20,500 nt of DNA from Limulus polyphemus (Eukaryota), in NCBI RefSeq assembly GCF_000517525.1, contig NW_013668828.1:33672-54171 (forward strand). Reading direction: 5' to 3'. Every line of letters starts with the position of its first letter. Positions within the stretch are counted from its first letter, which is position 1. The position numbers were made by a program, and so were the translations under genes. The notes beneath the pieces are model-generated. The model searched no databases. It was given only the letters and a program-made list of their open reading frames with translations, and was not told the origin of the DNA. Of this stretch, positions 1-12,400 are shown piece by piece.

Positions 1-120
1 TGCTTAATAATTTAAATGTTCTAGCATCAAAACTATAACAAGCACCAAATGGTTATGAGGTCAGCCCCAGGGACCGAGCTTGTGCTGAAAGCGTTAAGTA
101 TGGAAGATGGAGTCTTTCAT
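1..120 (-). mobile_element. Truncated fragment of the same tRNA-derived SINE family found at 11220-11478, 14826-15120, 17846-18064 and 18512-18789 (tail/body part; cut by window start)
   Basis: Shares 'aaaactataacaagcaccaaat(g/a)gt' (32-56) with 14826-14850. The following 'ggtcagccccagggaccgagcttgtgctgaaagcg' is homologous to 14859-14890 and to the SINE body. A further piece 'ggttatgaggtcag' recurs at 14464-14477. Confidence 0.4.
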
Positions 121-179
121 ACTTCTACATTACCACATGAGTGATGTGGCTATAACACTTGTTAGGTCAAGTATACATA

Positions 180-724
180 TACAGGGTGTCCCAAAATGAA
201 TTTACCAAAAAGAAAGTTGAATAATTTTTTAAACATATGGGATAACAACAAAATTCAAAACAAAATAACTGCTGAAGACTTGTAAGTTTTTTTTAAGTTA
301 ATTATTATTTTTATTACTTACATTATTTATCACTATTATTTATGAATGTGTTTTACTACAGATTTTCAGAACTGACTCTGTTTTTGAGTAAAATGACAAC
401 TCTTGAAGTGTTCCCCCGATTTAACCCCTTTGGAAACAAAAGTCGACCATAATAAACCAAAAGATATTGAGGAACCAAATCTTCGTATCCGTGATGCTTT
501 GTATACATCCCTACAGCTGTATTGGAAAATGTGTTCTCGGAATGTGAACACAGAATTAGATTGATTGTAACTAATGATGAAAGGCATGTAGAAGTTAATT
601 AATTAAATAAAATAAAACTTACAAGCCTTTAGAAAACATTTTGTTTTGAATATTGTTGTTATCTCAAATAATAGAAATGTTATTAAACTTTCTTTTTGAT
701 ATATGCATTTTGGGACACCCTGTA
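180..724. mobile_element. Non-autonomous Tc1/mariner-type element (MITE-like, ~541 bp) with ~45-bp terminal inverted repeats and TA target-site duplication
   Basis: Left end is 'TA|CAGGGTGTCCCAAAATGAATTTACCAAAAAGAAAGTT' at 180-220. Right end at 678-724 is its reverse complement, '...AACTTTCTTTTTGATATATGCATTTTGGGACACCCTG|TA'. Flanking TA dinucleotides are at 180-181 and 723-724, and a CAGGG terminus is typical of Tc1-like TIRs. The interior has no intact transposase ORF; the 366..587 minus ORF of 73 aa lies inside. Confidence 0.6.
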
Positions 725-1069
725 TTTCCCAGTATCACCAACCCTGGATTAACTCTTGCCAATGTGTAAGTGGTTTGAATAAGATCAACACATTTTAAAG
801 CTGATTATCTGGATGCTATAAATGTTTTCTTGTATATGTTGTTTGAGTGATAACAAATTCATTATTAAGCACAAATATACAAAGCTCTCCTGTCACCTGA
901 AAAGACTGCTGGAGCAGAACTACTTTCACTTATCCTAAATATCCTTACCTTATTTCTTCTAATATAAGAATATTCCTGTAGTTTTGAAACATATATCTAA
1001 AAAAATAGATTTCTCAAACAAAAACTTTATCAAAAGATACTACAATAAAAATGCCAGGCTTGTTCCTAA

Positions 1070-1234
1070 GTTTTGTAAGCTTCACATTAGAATCCTTTGT
1101 TCTCTTACCATCAGAACTTCCAAGTCACTTCTCAGAGATCATACACACTAAGTTTTGTAAACTTCACATTAGAATCCTTTGTTCTCTTACCATCAGAACT
1201 TCCACAAGTCACTTTTCAGAGATCATACACAACT
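1070..1234. repeat. Tandem duplication, 2 copies of an ~82-bp unit
   Basis: Unit 'agttttgtaa(g/a)cttcacattagaatcctttgttctcttaccatcagaacttcca(ca)agtcactt(c/t)tcagagatcatacaca' occurs at 1070-1150 and 1151-1234 with more than 95% identity. ORFs 1051..1305 and 1097..1291 are read-throughs of this repeat. Confidence 0.8.
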
Positions 1235-4200
1235 TTTTATGCAAAGACTATTTACTTTACATTGACTTGGTTAGACGACAATCTTTGTTAACCATTCGTG
1301 CTTAGCCCATGATTCTATCTTGTTTGAAGATAATATATACAAAAGTGGAAACCTCCATCAGTTGCTATGTATGCTGAAGATCACCTGCAATACCCATAAA
1401 AAATGTGTTCTTTGACTACTGAGGATCCCAGTATAACTGACATGGACAGAGCATTCAATCTTGGGTCATGCTATGTAATATTGTTAGTGTACAAAACTAA
1501 AATGATAAATATAATAAAAACCAAAGTTTCATTAACAACTGCAAATCTCATCAAATTAAATGCAAATAAGAAAAAAGTTGACATATCTGTCCAATGCAGT
1601 GCTAAGGAGAAGTTATCATGAGTCCCACTGGTGAAGGTTTGTTTTTGCATGATCAAATCATCATCATGTACCAGCACAATTTATGTTCACCATATGAATA
1701 TAAGTGGGAGTAAGCTCAAGGCTAGTGGCATGGAAACCTCATAGGAGATGCAAGAGACGTATAGCATTTCTGTGCGTGTTATTTTATATCAAAACCACAT
1801 CAGGCTATCTGCTGTGTCCACTTAGGGGAATAGAACCCCTGATTTTAGTGTTGTAAATCCAAAGACTTACCGCTGTCCCAAAGGGGGATGCATTTCTGTG
1901 TGAAGAGGTAGATTATCATCTCAGAAATATTTTTAAATCAACATGAGAAACAAATCCAGCTACTTTTTTAAACAATATAAAAAAAAGCAATCAAGATAAA
2001 CTTTTACTCCAATACATCTATAAGTTTTTTTTCAGTTGTACAATGTAAAAGGAACACTGATAAAACTAACTTTTGTAGTTATTCTACTAAAAATACTTAG
2101 GTTTTTCTACTGCTTTATAAACTCAAAATCTAATGATCATAACAAAATAAACCATACTAACTTTTTGCCTTTACAACTGAACAAGCAAACAGTTCCATCC
2201 TGGTAGCCTGCTACAAGGTACCTTCCAACTTGACTCAAGCTAGTTATCATTCTTCGTACTTGCAGTGCTTGTATATCTAACAGGTTTGACCCATCCTCTA
2301 GCAAGACCACCTAATAAAGTAAACATAGTATTCATTCACATAATTTTAATGCAGTTCTTTACCTATTATCTCAAAAAAATGCTATGAAAAGGACATTCTA
2401 TTTCATGCTGAACCACTGTGAAGAAAGATTAGCCTTATTACTTGAAAGCTGCATATAACAGGAGATTAGGTTAGAATATTCACAAAACTTCATGGAAATT
2501 ATTAATATTCTCTATATTGTACAGTTGTTCTTAGTGTGATGTTCTTCTGATACGTAATGTTACTTAATGCTATTCAGTTCACTGAAACTTTCAGCAATCA
2601 GATGTTGCAGAATCTGTGATTTAAAATATGATATGGATTAATAAGACAAAGTTTTTACTTAGATTTCAAATCCAAAAACTTTAGAAAAAAAAAAGCAATT
2701 TGAAGATGAAAAAAATCTGGTGTTCATTAAACATCTGTAGTTAATATATTTCAACCAACTATAATATACTTCTCACAGTATAATTTAGAATCCAAGTACA
2801 CAGGCTTGTTCAACATCACTTTTACTGAATTTATAGAAAGTTAGAACTGAGCCAAGCAGGTTCAATGCTTATATTTACACTACAAAAACTCCTGAATGGA
2901 TTACATGTAGCTCTTGATTTTACACTGCTGACAAATAAAACCAAGAATTTGGATATTGAAACCCCACCTTTATCTGTCCAGTTTTAGATGCAACACATAT
3001 TCCACATAGAGTACCAGAAGAGGGTTTCTTAAAAGAGCTAATGCAGTTGACAGAGTCTCTAACTAGCATTTTTTTCCAAAACAGAGCACCTGGTAAATAT
3101 TCGTTATACACAAAAACCTTGAGTTGTGTTTTATTTTAAAAGAAAAGAAAACAATATACGTATTCACATAAAAAAAAAGCATGCATCAATTTAACAGTAT
3201 TATTACATTCTATATTATACCAAACAAAGATAGCTAGAATATAAACAAATTATTGCAACAAAGTAAAATGTAAGAAAATAGCTCTCAAAGCTTCATTTAA
3301 GATTCTACAATTCTTAAAAGTACAACTTAAATTCAAGAAGTTATTTTCATGCAGGAATCTTCTGGATAGGTATGTATTAAAACTAAATTTTATAGGCACT
3401 TCACGCACATATGCAGGAGGAGGTTTTGAGATGGTTTGGTTGAACCCCCTATTTTTGTGATGTAAAAAAATTATGCTTATAGTTATAGAGCAGCTACTAA
3501 TGATATTTAACGTTTTCGAAATAGTCTACATTATTCTGATGAAGCATTAGCATTTTTTGCCTTGAAACAGCCGCATATACCCAGACACGCAAAGCATTAG
3601 CATGCTCTGCAAGCTGATTATGCTTCGCACAATATGTGTTGGCTTTTGATCTTGCAAATAAGAACCCCTTCCTCTTAAGCATTCTGCATATGAGCCTGCA
3701 ATTTTAGAGAGAAATGTTACCTCTTTCCATACAGGGTTAGTCGATGTAACCAACCCTTTTAACCTCAAAGTAACCATCATAGTTTCTATACTATAATGTT
3801 TAACATGTTTTACGTATCTTTACAAAATTTAGCATGCTTTTAGTAAACATTACAGGTCTTTTGCACACAAAAAATCAGATTTTTCAATTAAGTACTTTAC
3901 TCAAGATTTACCCTTGAATATAAGGAATCATGGTGTTGACTGCTCAGAATGATTTTCACGTTAATATTAAAAATACTTTTCTTCATTTGAAAATTGTAAA
4001 ATGTCATTTGCTAGAATCTCTAAAACCTCCTAAGTAAATATCAAACTTTTTTTTTCAGTAAAATTTTGTTTTATCTGTGATTTTCTCTACCCAAACTTGG
4101 TCAATTTGACCAACCTTGTAATCACCCATAAAAAAATACAAAATAAATCTAAATCTTTTTTTTTCTAGAATGACTGCAGATTCGAACAGAAAATTACAGT

Positions 4201-6196
4201 TTTTACCTTAAACAGTTTAAGACTTGTAACAGTCAACATCTGTTTATATTTAATTTTATTGTTCTATGGCTCGTTGAATTGTGTCTAACTAGTTAATCCT
4301 GCCATACAAGTTGTAAATCACTTGATGAGCACATAGCTCACATTACATTTTGAACAACGTAATGCATTAGATGTTGATGAATGTCCCTCGTGCAGATTTT
4401 TTAGGATATTATTGTTCAATATCTTACCTAATCTAACCTAAAAATTTTCTAATTTTTACATCTTAGTTACTTTTGTAACAAAATGTGAAGAATATGCACA
4501 AGAAATATAGTAACTATAATTGCCCTTTTTTTGCTGTTGGTTGCAGATGAAATTTAAGCCTACTTTTTTATACTAATTGTACTAGTACACTAAATAATAT
4601 TTATGTACTTAAATAATGCACCTAGGGACACATAATAACATTCACAAAGCAAACGATGTCCTATAACTATCATAATATAAATGGCTTTCTAACTATGCTA
4701 ACTTTTAACTGAAACAACAAAATATAATGTCATTTGATAGATTGGCACTTTATACAATACTATTCATAACCAGTAGAAAAGCAAAGTTTTAGGATTAAAG
4801 GCTATGAAAATTAGACTTTGCCTTAGTAATATCTATGTTATAATGAGCAATTTATGTCAAATGCCATACTTCACAGAATGGTGGTAAATAAATTAAAGAA
4901 AAGAGAAGACCTAGAGGACAAATGTCATGATTCTCATAAAACAAGAGTTTGAAGATTTTTTAAAATATGCCCTAATAAAATTAAGAGCTTAAAACTTAAA
5001 TAATATTAAAATTTGCTTTATTAAAAACATTTTGATACCAATTTTATTAATATTCATTGATAATAAAGTGGTTTAATTAAATTTTGAATGTAACTCTCTA
5101 AAAGATCACAGCATGCACACTCTAACCTTCCTGCAATGAGAGGGTTAATCTGCATAGACAAAAAAAATCTATACAGAGTAATTTAGACCAAACACAAAAA
5201 TGTGTCTTTAAAAACAAGTATCAATATTGTTATTTGAGAAATAATTTAATCGAAGGAAATGTGAAAATACATATATAATGTATGTAAACTTTGAAATGTT
5301 TTCATTTTTAAAATGCTAGAAGAATCCTAAAACAGCAAAAATTATGAGAACACCTTAGTGAGAAAAAATTATGCAAGTTATTTATTTTTTTCTTTTGAAC
5401 AGAGAATGAAGAAAAATAAACTTATAAAAGGAAATAATCCATTAAATGTTTACTTCATGTATAAACCTGAAAAACGGCCATTGTACAAACATATACGTGT
5501 ATGATAGAAAAATGTGATATTTCTACATCTTACATTTGAAAATAAAGTTTTGTTTACACTTCCTTATTTTTGTGTTCTTTTGTTTATTTGAGATACTTCT
5601 GCAAATTGGCACAAGGGCTAACTACACTGCCTGTTTAATTGTGAACTGAGAGATCAGAGAAAAGGCAGTTAGTCAAAAGCACCCATCAACAATTCTGGGT
5701 TACTCTAACTGAAATAGTGAGTTATGAAAATCACTTCTATAATGCACTCACAGTTCAAAAGTATGAAGCACAATTTTTTGGCAACTGGCCAAAACACAAC
5801 TTTAAGAAACATGTTTCTTTAACAATATTGGCTGATCCAATTTCTAGGTAGAAATAAGAAAAAATAAAACAAACCATAATTAAATATACCATCTATTTCA
5901 AAATTGTATGTACAATTTGTTTATGTAGTTAGAAAAATTAACAATATTTTTAGTCATTTGAGATATGTCTACAAGAAATCAAGTTCTTCAATATTTACTT
6001 AAGTTTTAATTTTTTTAATAAATTGATTTTCTTTTAGTCAAATAACATTTGAAAAATGTTTGGAAATTTCTTGTTCTAACTAAAAAATAAAAAAATGACG
6101 TTTTTAATGAAAAGAACTTTTCATATTTTAATTTATTCAGCAAAATCAAATTCACTGCTTTCTCTGCAACTGAAGGTTAGAGTATTAATTGTGAAA

Positions 6197-6202
6197 TTTA
6201 TT
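6197..6202 (-). other. Putative polyadenylation signal AATAAA for the minus-strand WD40 gene
   Basis: The plus strand has 'tttatt' at 6197-6202, which is AATAAA on minus, about 100 nt downstream of the proposed TAA stop at 6305-6307. A second AATAAA on minus lies at 6132-6137. Confidence 0.25.
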
Positions 6203-6225
6203 ATACCCAAACTCTGCTATAGTAA

Positions 6226-6241
6226 TCTCTCTCTCTCTCTC
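6226..6241. repeat. (CT)8 microsatellite
   Basis: tctctctctctctctc, read directly. Confidence 0.9.
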
Positions 6242-6304
6242 AAGAAAAAAGTAATTACAGTAAATTCTAAATAAAAGTAATAACAAAGCTGTTAACACAT
6301 TATA

Positions 6305-6450
6305 TTATTCTACAACTACGTCTGTACAAGTAGAGAAAATAAGGGACGATACCAGCATCAAACTGATTAAGGCCACTAGATGCAAAGCTGAATGTATCAG
6401 ACGAGTTAAAGGGAACGTCTTAAAACAGCTCATATACATGCTCAAAAACT
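6305..6450 (-). CDS. Tentative terminal coding exon of the WD40 gene (hydrophobic C-terminal tail, includes stop codon)
   Basis: Minus-strand acceptor is 'cttgctccag|AG' (AG from plus 6451-6452). With the 1-nt carry (G) from exon 7058-7205 the frame reads [51 protein letters not shown], which is 47 codons open in about 30% GC DNA. AATAAA lies about 100 nt downstream. Phase-compatible, but not supported by homology I can recognise. Confidence 0.35.
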
Positions 6451-9400
6451 CTGGAGCAAGTAGTTCGTATAAATATTAAATAGATTATAAAGAGTTTTAT
6501 ATTAGAGATATTTTATGGAACCAAAACAAAAAATAGTATGACACAATCCAACATGAATTTTAACAAAGCTAAACATTATGTCTACAACATAAAGTAAAAA
6601 AATAAAATTATTTAAAGCAAATTTATCAACTATAATCTGTAACCTTTAGAAATTCTACACATAAGCAAGCACTGTGAATTCTTCAAAACAAACTTTCTAA
6701 ACCTTATGAAACAAAAAAAAATTTTTTAATGCTTCATCTACCATTTTCAAATAATTTCTAATAAAAATTCAAAAACATTATGCATAAGTATTTACAGCAC
6801 AATATCTGTAAATATTGTCACAAAGAAATGTGGTAACTTCAAATAAATTATTTCATCAACTTGGATTTTGACATTAGACTTCTCGCACACCAGGTGAGTG
6901 CTCTTTCAACTAAGCTAAAGGATTAACCCACTAGTACTTTTTAACAACTCAAGTTACTAAAGAATGTTTGGTAAGCTGCATACAGTACCTGTGTACTTAC
7001 TCTATTACAGATATTTTCTTCATAGTCTAATTAGGTTAGGTTTTCGTTGATTTTTACCTTTTTGTGTATCAAACAGACAGACTTCTCCAGTTTCTTGTCC
7101 AACAGCAACATAAGAAATATCCAAAAAGATCATACAAGTTGGAGTTGAAGATAAAACTGATTGAGGTATGGTGTGTACAACAGCCTTGCTGTAACTGATC
7201 CATACCTGCAATTATAGCAATTTTAAAACATTTAATACAGAAACTCTAGGGGGGGAAACTTCATAATTATGTGATGATAAGCTGATTAGGACAGTAGCAG
7301 TTATTTCTTGTTTTGATACAGATAAAAACTAAAAACTCGGCACTTTAGGAAAGACAATATTAACAAACTATGGGGTGTTATTTTAAAAGACAAATTAACA
7401 ATAAGCACAGCTCTAAAACAACAGCTGTAACATAGTAAAATCTTTACTAAAAATAATGTAAAGTTATATTTCTGAGCATTATATCCAAAACAAAGTTAAT
7501 TTTCACATGATCAGGAGGCAAAAGCTTTCTAAATGTAATATTTCAAAGCATAGCCAAGAAATACATTTAAATCTCTGTGAAAGAATTTGGAAAAAAAGAA
7601 ATTAATTAAGTATTCATTAGAATTGTGATAATAGTATGTAAAGATATCACATATTTCAATACTTTAATGCCAAATACCTTTAAGGTTCTATCTTTACTCC
7701 CTGTGATCATAATGTCCTCCGAAATTGAAAAAGATGCACATGTGACAGGAAGAATATGACCTTCCATTTTACCAATCTGAAAAGTGTCAAAACACTAACA
7801 ATTATTAATGATGACAAGAAACCCACTTGAAGTAAAAATGTATAGCAGAGACGGTTGGTATGGGTATTAAAAACTTTAATTAAAATAAAGTACAAGAACA
7901 ACGTTTCAACCTTCTTAAGTCATCATCATTTGTACTTTATTTAATTAAAGTTTTTAATACCCATACCAACCGTCTCTGCTATACATTAACAATTATTATT
8001 ATTATTTCATTTTTGTTTTCTTAAGAAATTTTGGTCCAAGTCTGCATAATAATCTTACTTACAAAACTTCCACTGTTTTTAGTTTGCAGAGTTAATAATT
8101 TTACTGGGATAAGTTCAAAGCCTTCAAGTAATACCATCATGATAGTGTACATAAAGACAAACAAAAAGAATAAAAAACATATTCTGGAGCTGCCAATTTA
8201 ACATTTTTGACATGAGGCTGACATGCCATTCTGTACATTGGTTACAAACCAACCATGAGAACGTACAGCTAGAGCTGGTGATAAACTGAACAAATACCTC
8301 TTCACCAGATAATAACCTTACAAAAAAACATGGAGATAAAATGCACATAACAATAAACAAAGGCAAAATAATCTTTTATTTTTGGCTTATGGTCATGTTC
8401 TGTTTTTTTTTAAAGTCCAACAAAGTTTCTATGTGTGAGTAATTTAGAAGATGAAGTACTACAATCCCCTTCACTAAACCTGAGTCAAAAACTTAGATGT
8501 TTAATTGTTTAGTAGTATGAATACTATTTATTATATGTAAGTAATGTAGCAGATGAAGTACTACAATCCCCTTCACCAAACCTGAGTCAAAAACTTAGAT
8601 TTTTAATTGTTTAGTAGTATGAATACTATATATTATATGTGAGTAATGTAGCAGATGAAGTACTACAATCCCCTTCACCAAACCTGAGTCAAAAACTAAG
8701 ATTTTTAATTGTTTAGTAGTATGAATACTATTTATTATATGCGAGTAATGTAGCAGATGAAGTACTACAATCCCCTTCACCAAACCTGCTGTAAATACAT
8801 TTATTACTAGTGAAGTGTACTAAGCTACATCTCAAAATGATGTTATTGCCATGAATATTTCTTATCATTGTATCTATTTGTTTGAGAAATGCCAACCTGA
8901 AGTAACTAAACAGGAAATTACACTTTTAATCTAGTGCAAGAATAACCCATGATTTATCTAATAATAATAATAATGAGCTGAATAAAAATAAATAAGTTAT
9001 AAGTTCACTAACCCGAGTACCTTGAGATGCTGACCACAGGAATACTTCCATTCTGGATGATGATGACACAATATGTTGACCACTAGTGCTAAAAGCCACA
9101 AATTGCACAGACCCTTTATGACCATGGAGGATCTAAGAAAATTATATGATACTTTAATAACAGCAATGTCTGACAAGTCCATTGACTTCATACTCATTCA
9201 AGGTGTCCACAAAACTATACTAATTACTATATTCTTTGGTGTCAGTTCCATATGTTTTACCTCTGCTCTGCCTATACAACAAATCACAACTGGTATAAAT
9301 TGGTTCAAACCTGCTTTTACAATAAATACACACAACAACAACAACAAAGATTAACACACATGCTTAAAAACACAATCGGTGAAATTCCTAATAGTTACAA

Positions 9401-12400
9401 CTATGCATGAATAAATAAATGTCAAAACAAATCATGTTATTTTTCACTATGATTCTCAGTAACTTCTACTAGTGTGATTACTCACTGCTTTTCTTCTAAC
9501 TGTAACAAGATCCCACAGTTTAACTGTTTGGTCCCATCCTCCACTAACCAGTAGCTGCTTCTCTGGATGAAAATCTATACAGCTGACTGGTTTCCTAAAA
9601 CATAAATTATCTTGTTATTCTACTATAACGTATTTTAATTTTTTTATGAAATAGAAGTACTTTAACTAACAAGAATTTATACATGTATCATGACCAATGA
9701 GGAATGTAATTTCAAACTATATTAGCTCCACAAGTTTGGCCGTCTCAGCACCAACCTTTTTATGTCTTCAAACACAGAGTAGTAGACTTTATTTATGCAC
9801 ATTTCTACTGCTGAAGTTGGAATATGATTTCATATTACAATTAGCATAACTGAACATGCTGGAATGAGTCTTAATAAACATTCTATGCAATGAAAAAGTA
9901 TTCAGGTAGTATATACATCTGTAAGAAATGTTAAGCACTTACATAACTTATAGATGGTTCTAAACATCCGTAAATTTGAAAAGCAAAATAAAGGAAGTAT
10001 TCTGATAATCCACACAAGTAACCAAGAAAAGTATTTATTCAGTATTTCTGTTTTATGCATGCCACAGTTGAATGCAACTCATATAAAACAAATAATTTTG
10101 ATACTGCATCTTTCTTTTTTTTCACCAAGATTTAAGAATTAGGATCCTACCAATATTTCTAGTACAGTGAAAACTATAGAATTTTCAATGAAAATTAATA
10201 ATTTAACACTTGACTTTAATGATAAAGTATACAGATGATGTAATACATGTGCTATTATGCCTTATTACTTCAACCGTTACAATAAATCACAACCGATGCA
10301 CCAGGAAGGAATGAAAACCAGTGCACTTTGATAAGCTAATTAGTTTCATGAAATTAATAAATTTAATTGATACTCAAGGTAATCAACTGATCAAGTTAAC
10401 TGCTCAGTTCTAACTGTATACAGCACTGAAAAATATACATTTTTCATTGAAACACTTATTTGTATTAGAAGTTAATGTCTATGAACCTGTAGCCACATGT
10501 AGTTTGCATGTTTTTTATGTTACTCTGAGTGATATTTTAACTCCTTATTTAGGAATTACACACATACTGAAAAGACTAATTAATTTGGGGCAAATCTTGG
10601 GTAACTCAGTCTATTACATGGTTGGAATGCATTTTTGGATATTTGGTTTGAATTCTATTTTCAAAACCTCGTAAATTATTGGTTTACAAGCTCCTACTAC
10701 ATACACATATTCATAATAATTTTACTTCTTTACTTCTGACTTTTACTCCTGAACAACAATCCTTACTTGTTCTGTTTAATACAGGTAATTTCTCTACAGT
10801 CTTTCCCACTCCAGATTCTTATTGTTTTGTCCCATCCTGTAGAAACAATGGTGGTTCCATCAGGATCAGAAGCACAGGAAGTTACACTTCTTATGTGACC
10901 ATCTAAAACTCCAATTCTGTAGTAACAACCAAAAAAAAAAAGATATTAGTGTAACTCATATTATTTTAATTATTTCTTTTTACAAAACAAAGCAATATAG
11001 GTCTAAATAAGAATTTTCTCTGAATAAAACTCAGCAAGAATTAAAATAATTTTTAAGAGATGAATCTACAATGAATAATGAATGTTATGTATAAAAACCT
11101 CAAGTATTATATAAAACACCTGGAAAATAATACTAAGTAAAACAAATCATTACAACAAGAAAATCTCCAAAATACAAAAAGTCATCTTGCAGCTTGTAGG
11201 TATTTGCTATTTTCAACCTGAGTAACAACGTATGTAATGTGCTAAATAGCCAGGACAGACACCCAAAAGTTCAAACTTAGCAACCTCTAATTTAATACTG
11301 CTAGTCAGAAAAGGGACAACCAGTCAGATGCACCTACTACCAAATAGCATGGTGTGACAGTCACAATCATAATTTTCCCACAACTGAAAGTGCAGAGCAT
11401 TTACAGAGGCATTTCATGACTCAGGCTTTGAACCTTCCAAACCACAGCTTGGCATACTAACCACAAGGCCATACTAATCCCAGGATCTTTAAATAACAAT
11501 TAGTAAACATACACTGAGCGTACATGTAAATACCCATAGTTAAATGATTTCATTAGCAAGTATAAGAAATTATGTGCACATTTCTTTAAGTATTCCAGAC
11601 ATCTTTAAAGTTATCCAGGCAAATTAACTACATGAATAGTCTATAACCACTGAAGAATGCCAATGACACTTACCTTTTATATACCTTCATTAAATTTGAG
11701 CAATAACTACTGTAACAACTTGACATAAATCAATTTTCTGTGTGAAAATTAGTTAATTACTGAGGTAAATCTAAAAGCAGTGGAATTGGCAACATTTAAT
11801 ATATGTTGAAGGAAATATACATAATATCAAAAAGAAATCTCACTGGAATAAAAAACCACTTAGTTATGACGAGTAACTGTTAAAAGTCATTGAACTTTTC
11901 TCTATGGAAACTAGGCCTTGATTTATACAAATGCTACTGTGTGTAATAATACTTAAACAGAAAGGTGGGAAGAATGAAAAATGCTTTACAGTAGAATTAA
12001 AAACAACAACTATATAGTTGTGTTGACTATTGAAAATTATCTAAATCTGTTTATCTATCTATGTATATAAATTAGGCCTCAGTCACACATGTGATTGTGG
12101 ATATTAATAACTAAATTCAAAGAAAAGAAGAATGAGAAAAACCCTTCTGAGTAAAGTTGGTGATATATGTTCAGTATCAGTAAAATATCACTTGGATGAT
12201 ACTTACAAAACAAATGACGATTCAAAATATTCAACAACATAAACAGTAGGTGTTAAAAAAGCAAGTCTAGAGTGATAAACGGATTCAAATCAATATTTGT
12301 AAAAATAGGTGAGATTTTATGCAGCTTCAAGCTTCAAATTTTTTTCTTCAATTAATATGTCTTGTACTTACAAAAAATAGAAGCATATACCTTGCGTTTT

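Noticed and set aside
3570-3640. U6 snRNA-like motifs (ACACGCAAA, ATTAGCATG)
   Set aside because: The motifs are in the wrong order and spacing relative to U6. There is no 5' stem or 3' U-tract and no upstream PSE or TATA arrangement, so this is not a U6 gene.
8595-8783. Minus ORF with the internally repeated peptide [27 protein letters not shown]
   Set aside because: It is a read-through of the 102-bp tandem repeat, so the repetition comes from the DNA repeat and not from a protein. ORFs 1051..1305, 1097..1291 and 18918..19109 are the same kind of artefact.
8431-8787. Possible CRISPR array (regular direct repeats)
   Set aside because: The units are about 100 bp with no alternating unique spacers, the context is eukaryotic, and no cas genes are present. 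The same reasoning excludes the arrays at 15889-16300 and 19047-19335.
9073-9354. Plus-strand 93-aa ORF
   Set aside because: It partly antisense-overlaps exon 9021-9132 and otherwise lies in intronic AT-rich sequence. It ends in a CAA/AAC microsatellite, has no recognisable motif, and is most likely chance.
10679-10906. Plus-strand 75-aa ORF, and similarly the plus ORF 12654..12923 and the minus ORF 7707..7901
   Set aside because: They are antisense shadows of, or overlap, confidently spliced minus-strand WD40 exons, or a palindromic repeat in the case of 7707..7901. No splice signals support them.
12207-12266. Candidate minus-strand exon ending at a GTAAGT donor ('acttac' at 12201-12206), and a similar one at about 11674-11710
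   Set aside because: The only stop-free frames have start and end phases incompatible with the neighbouring confirmed exons. The exon pair 15685-15780 and 12743-12867 already joins seamlessly at a WD blade boundary, and no WD-like translation appears.
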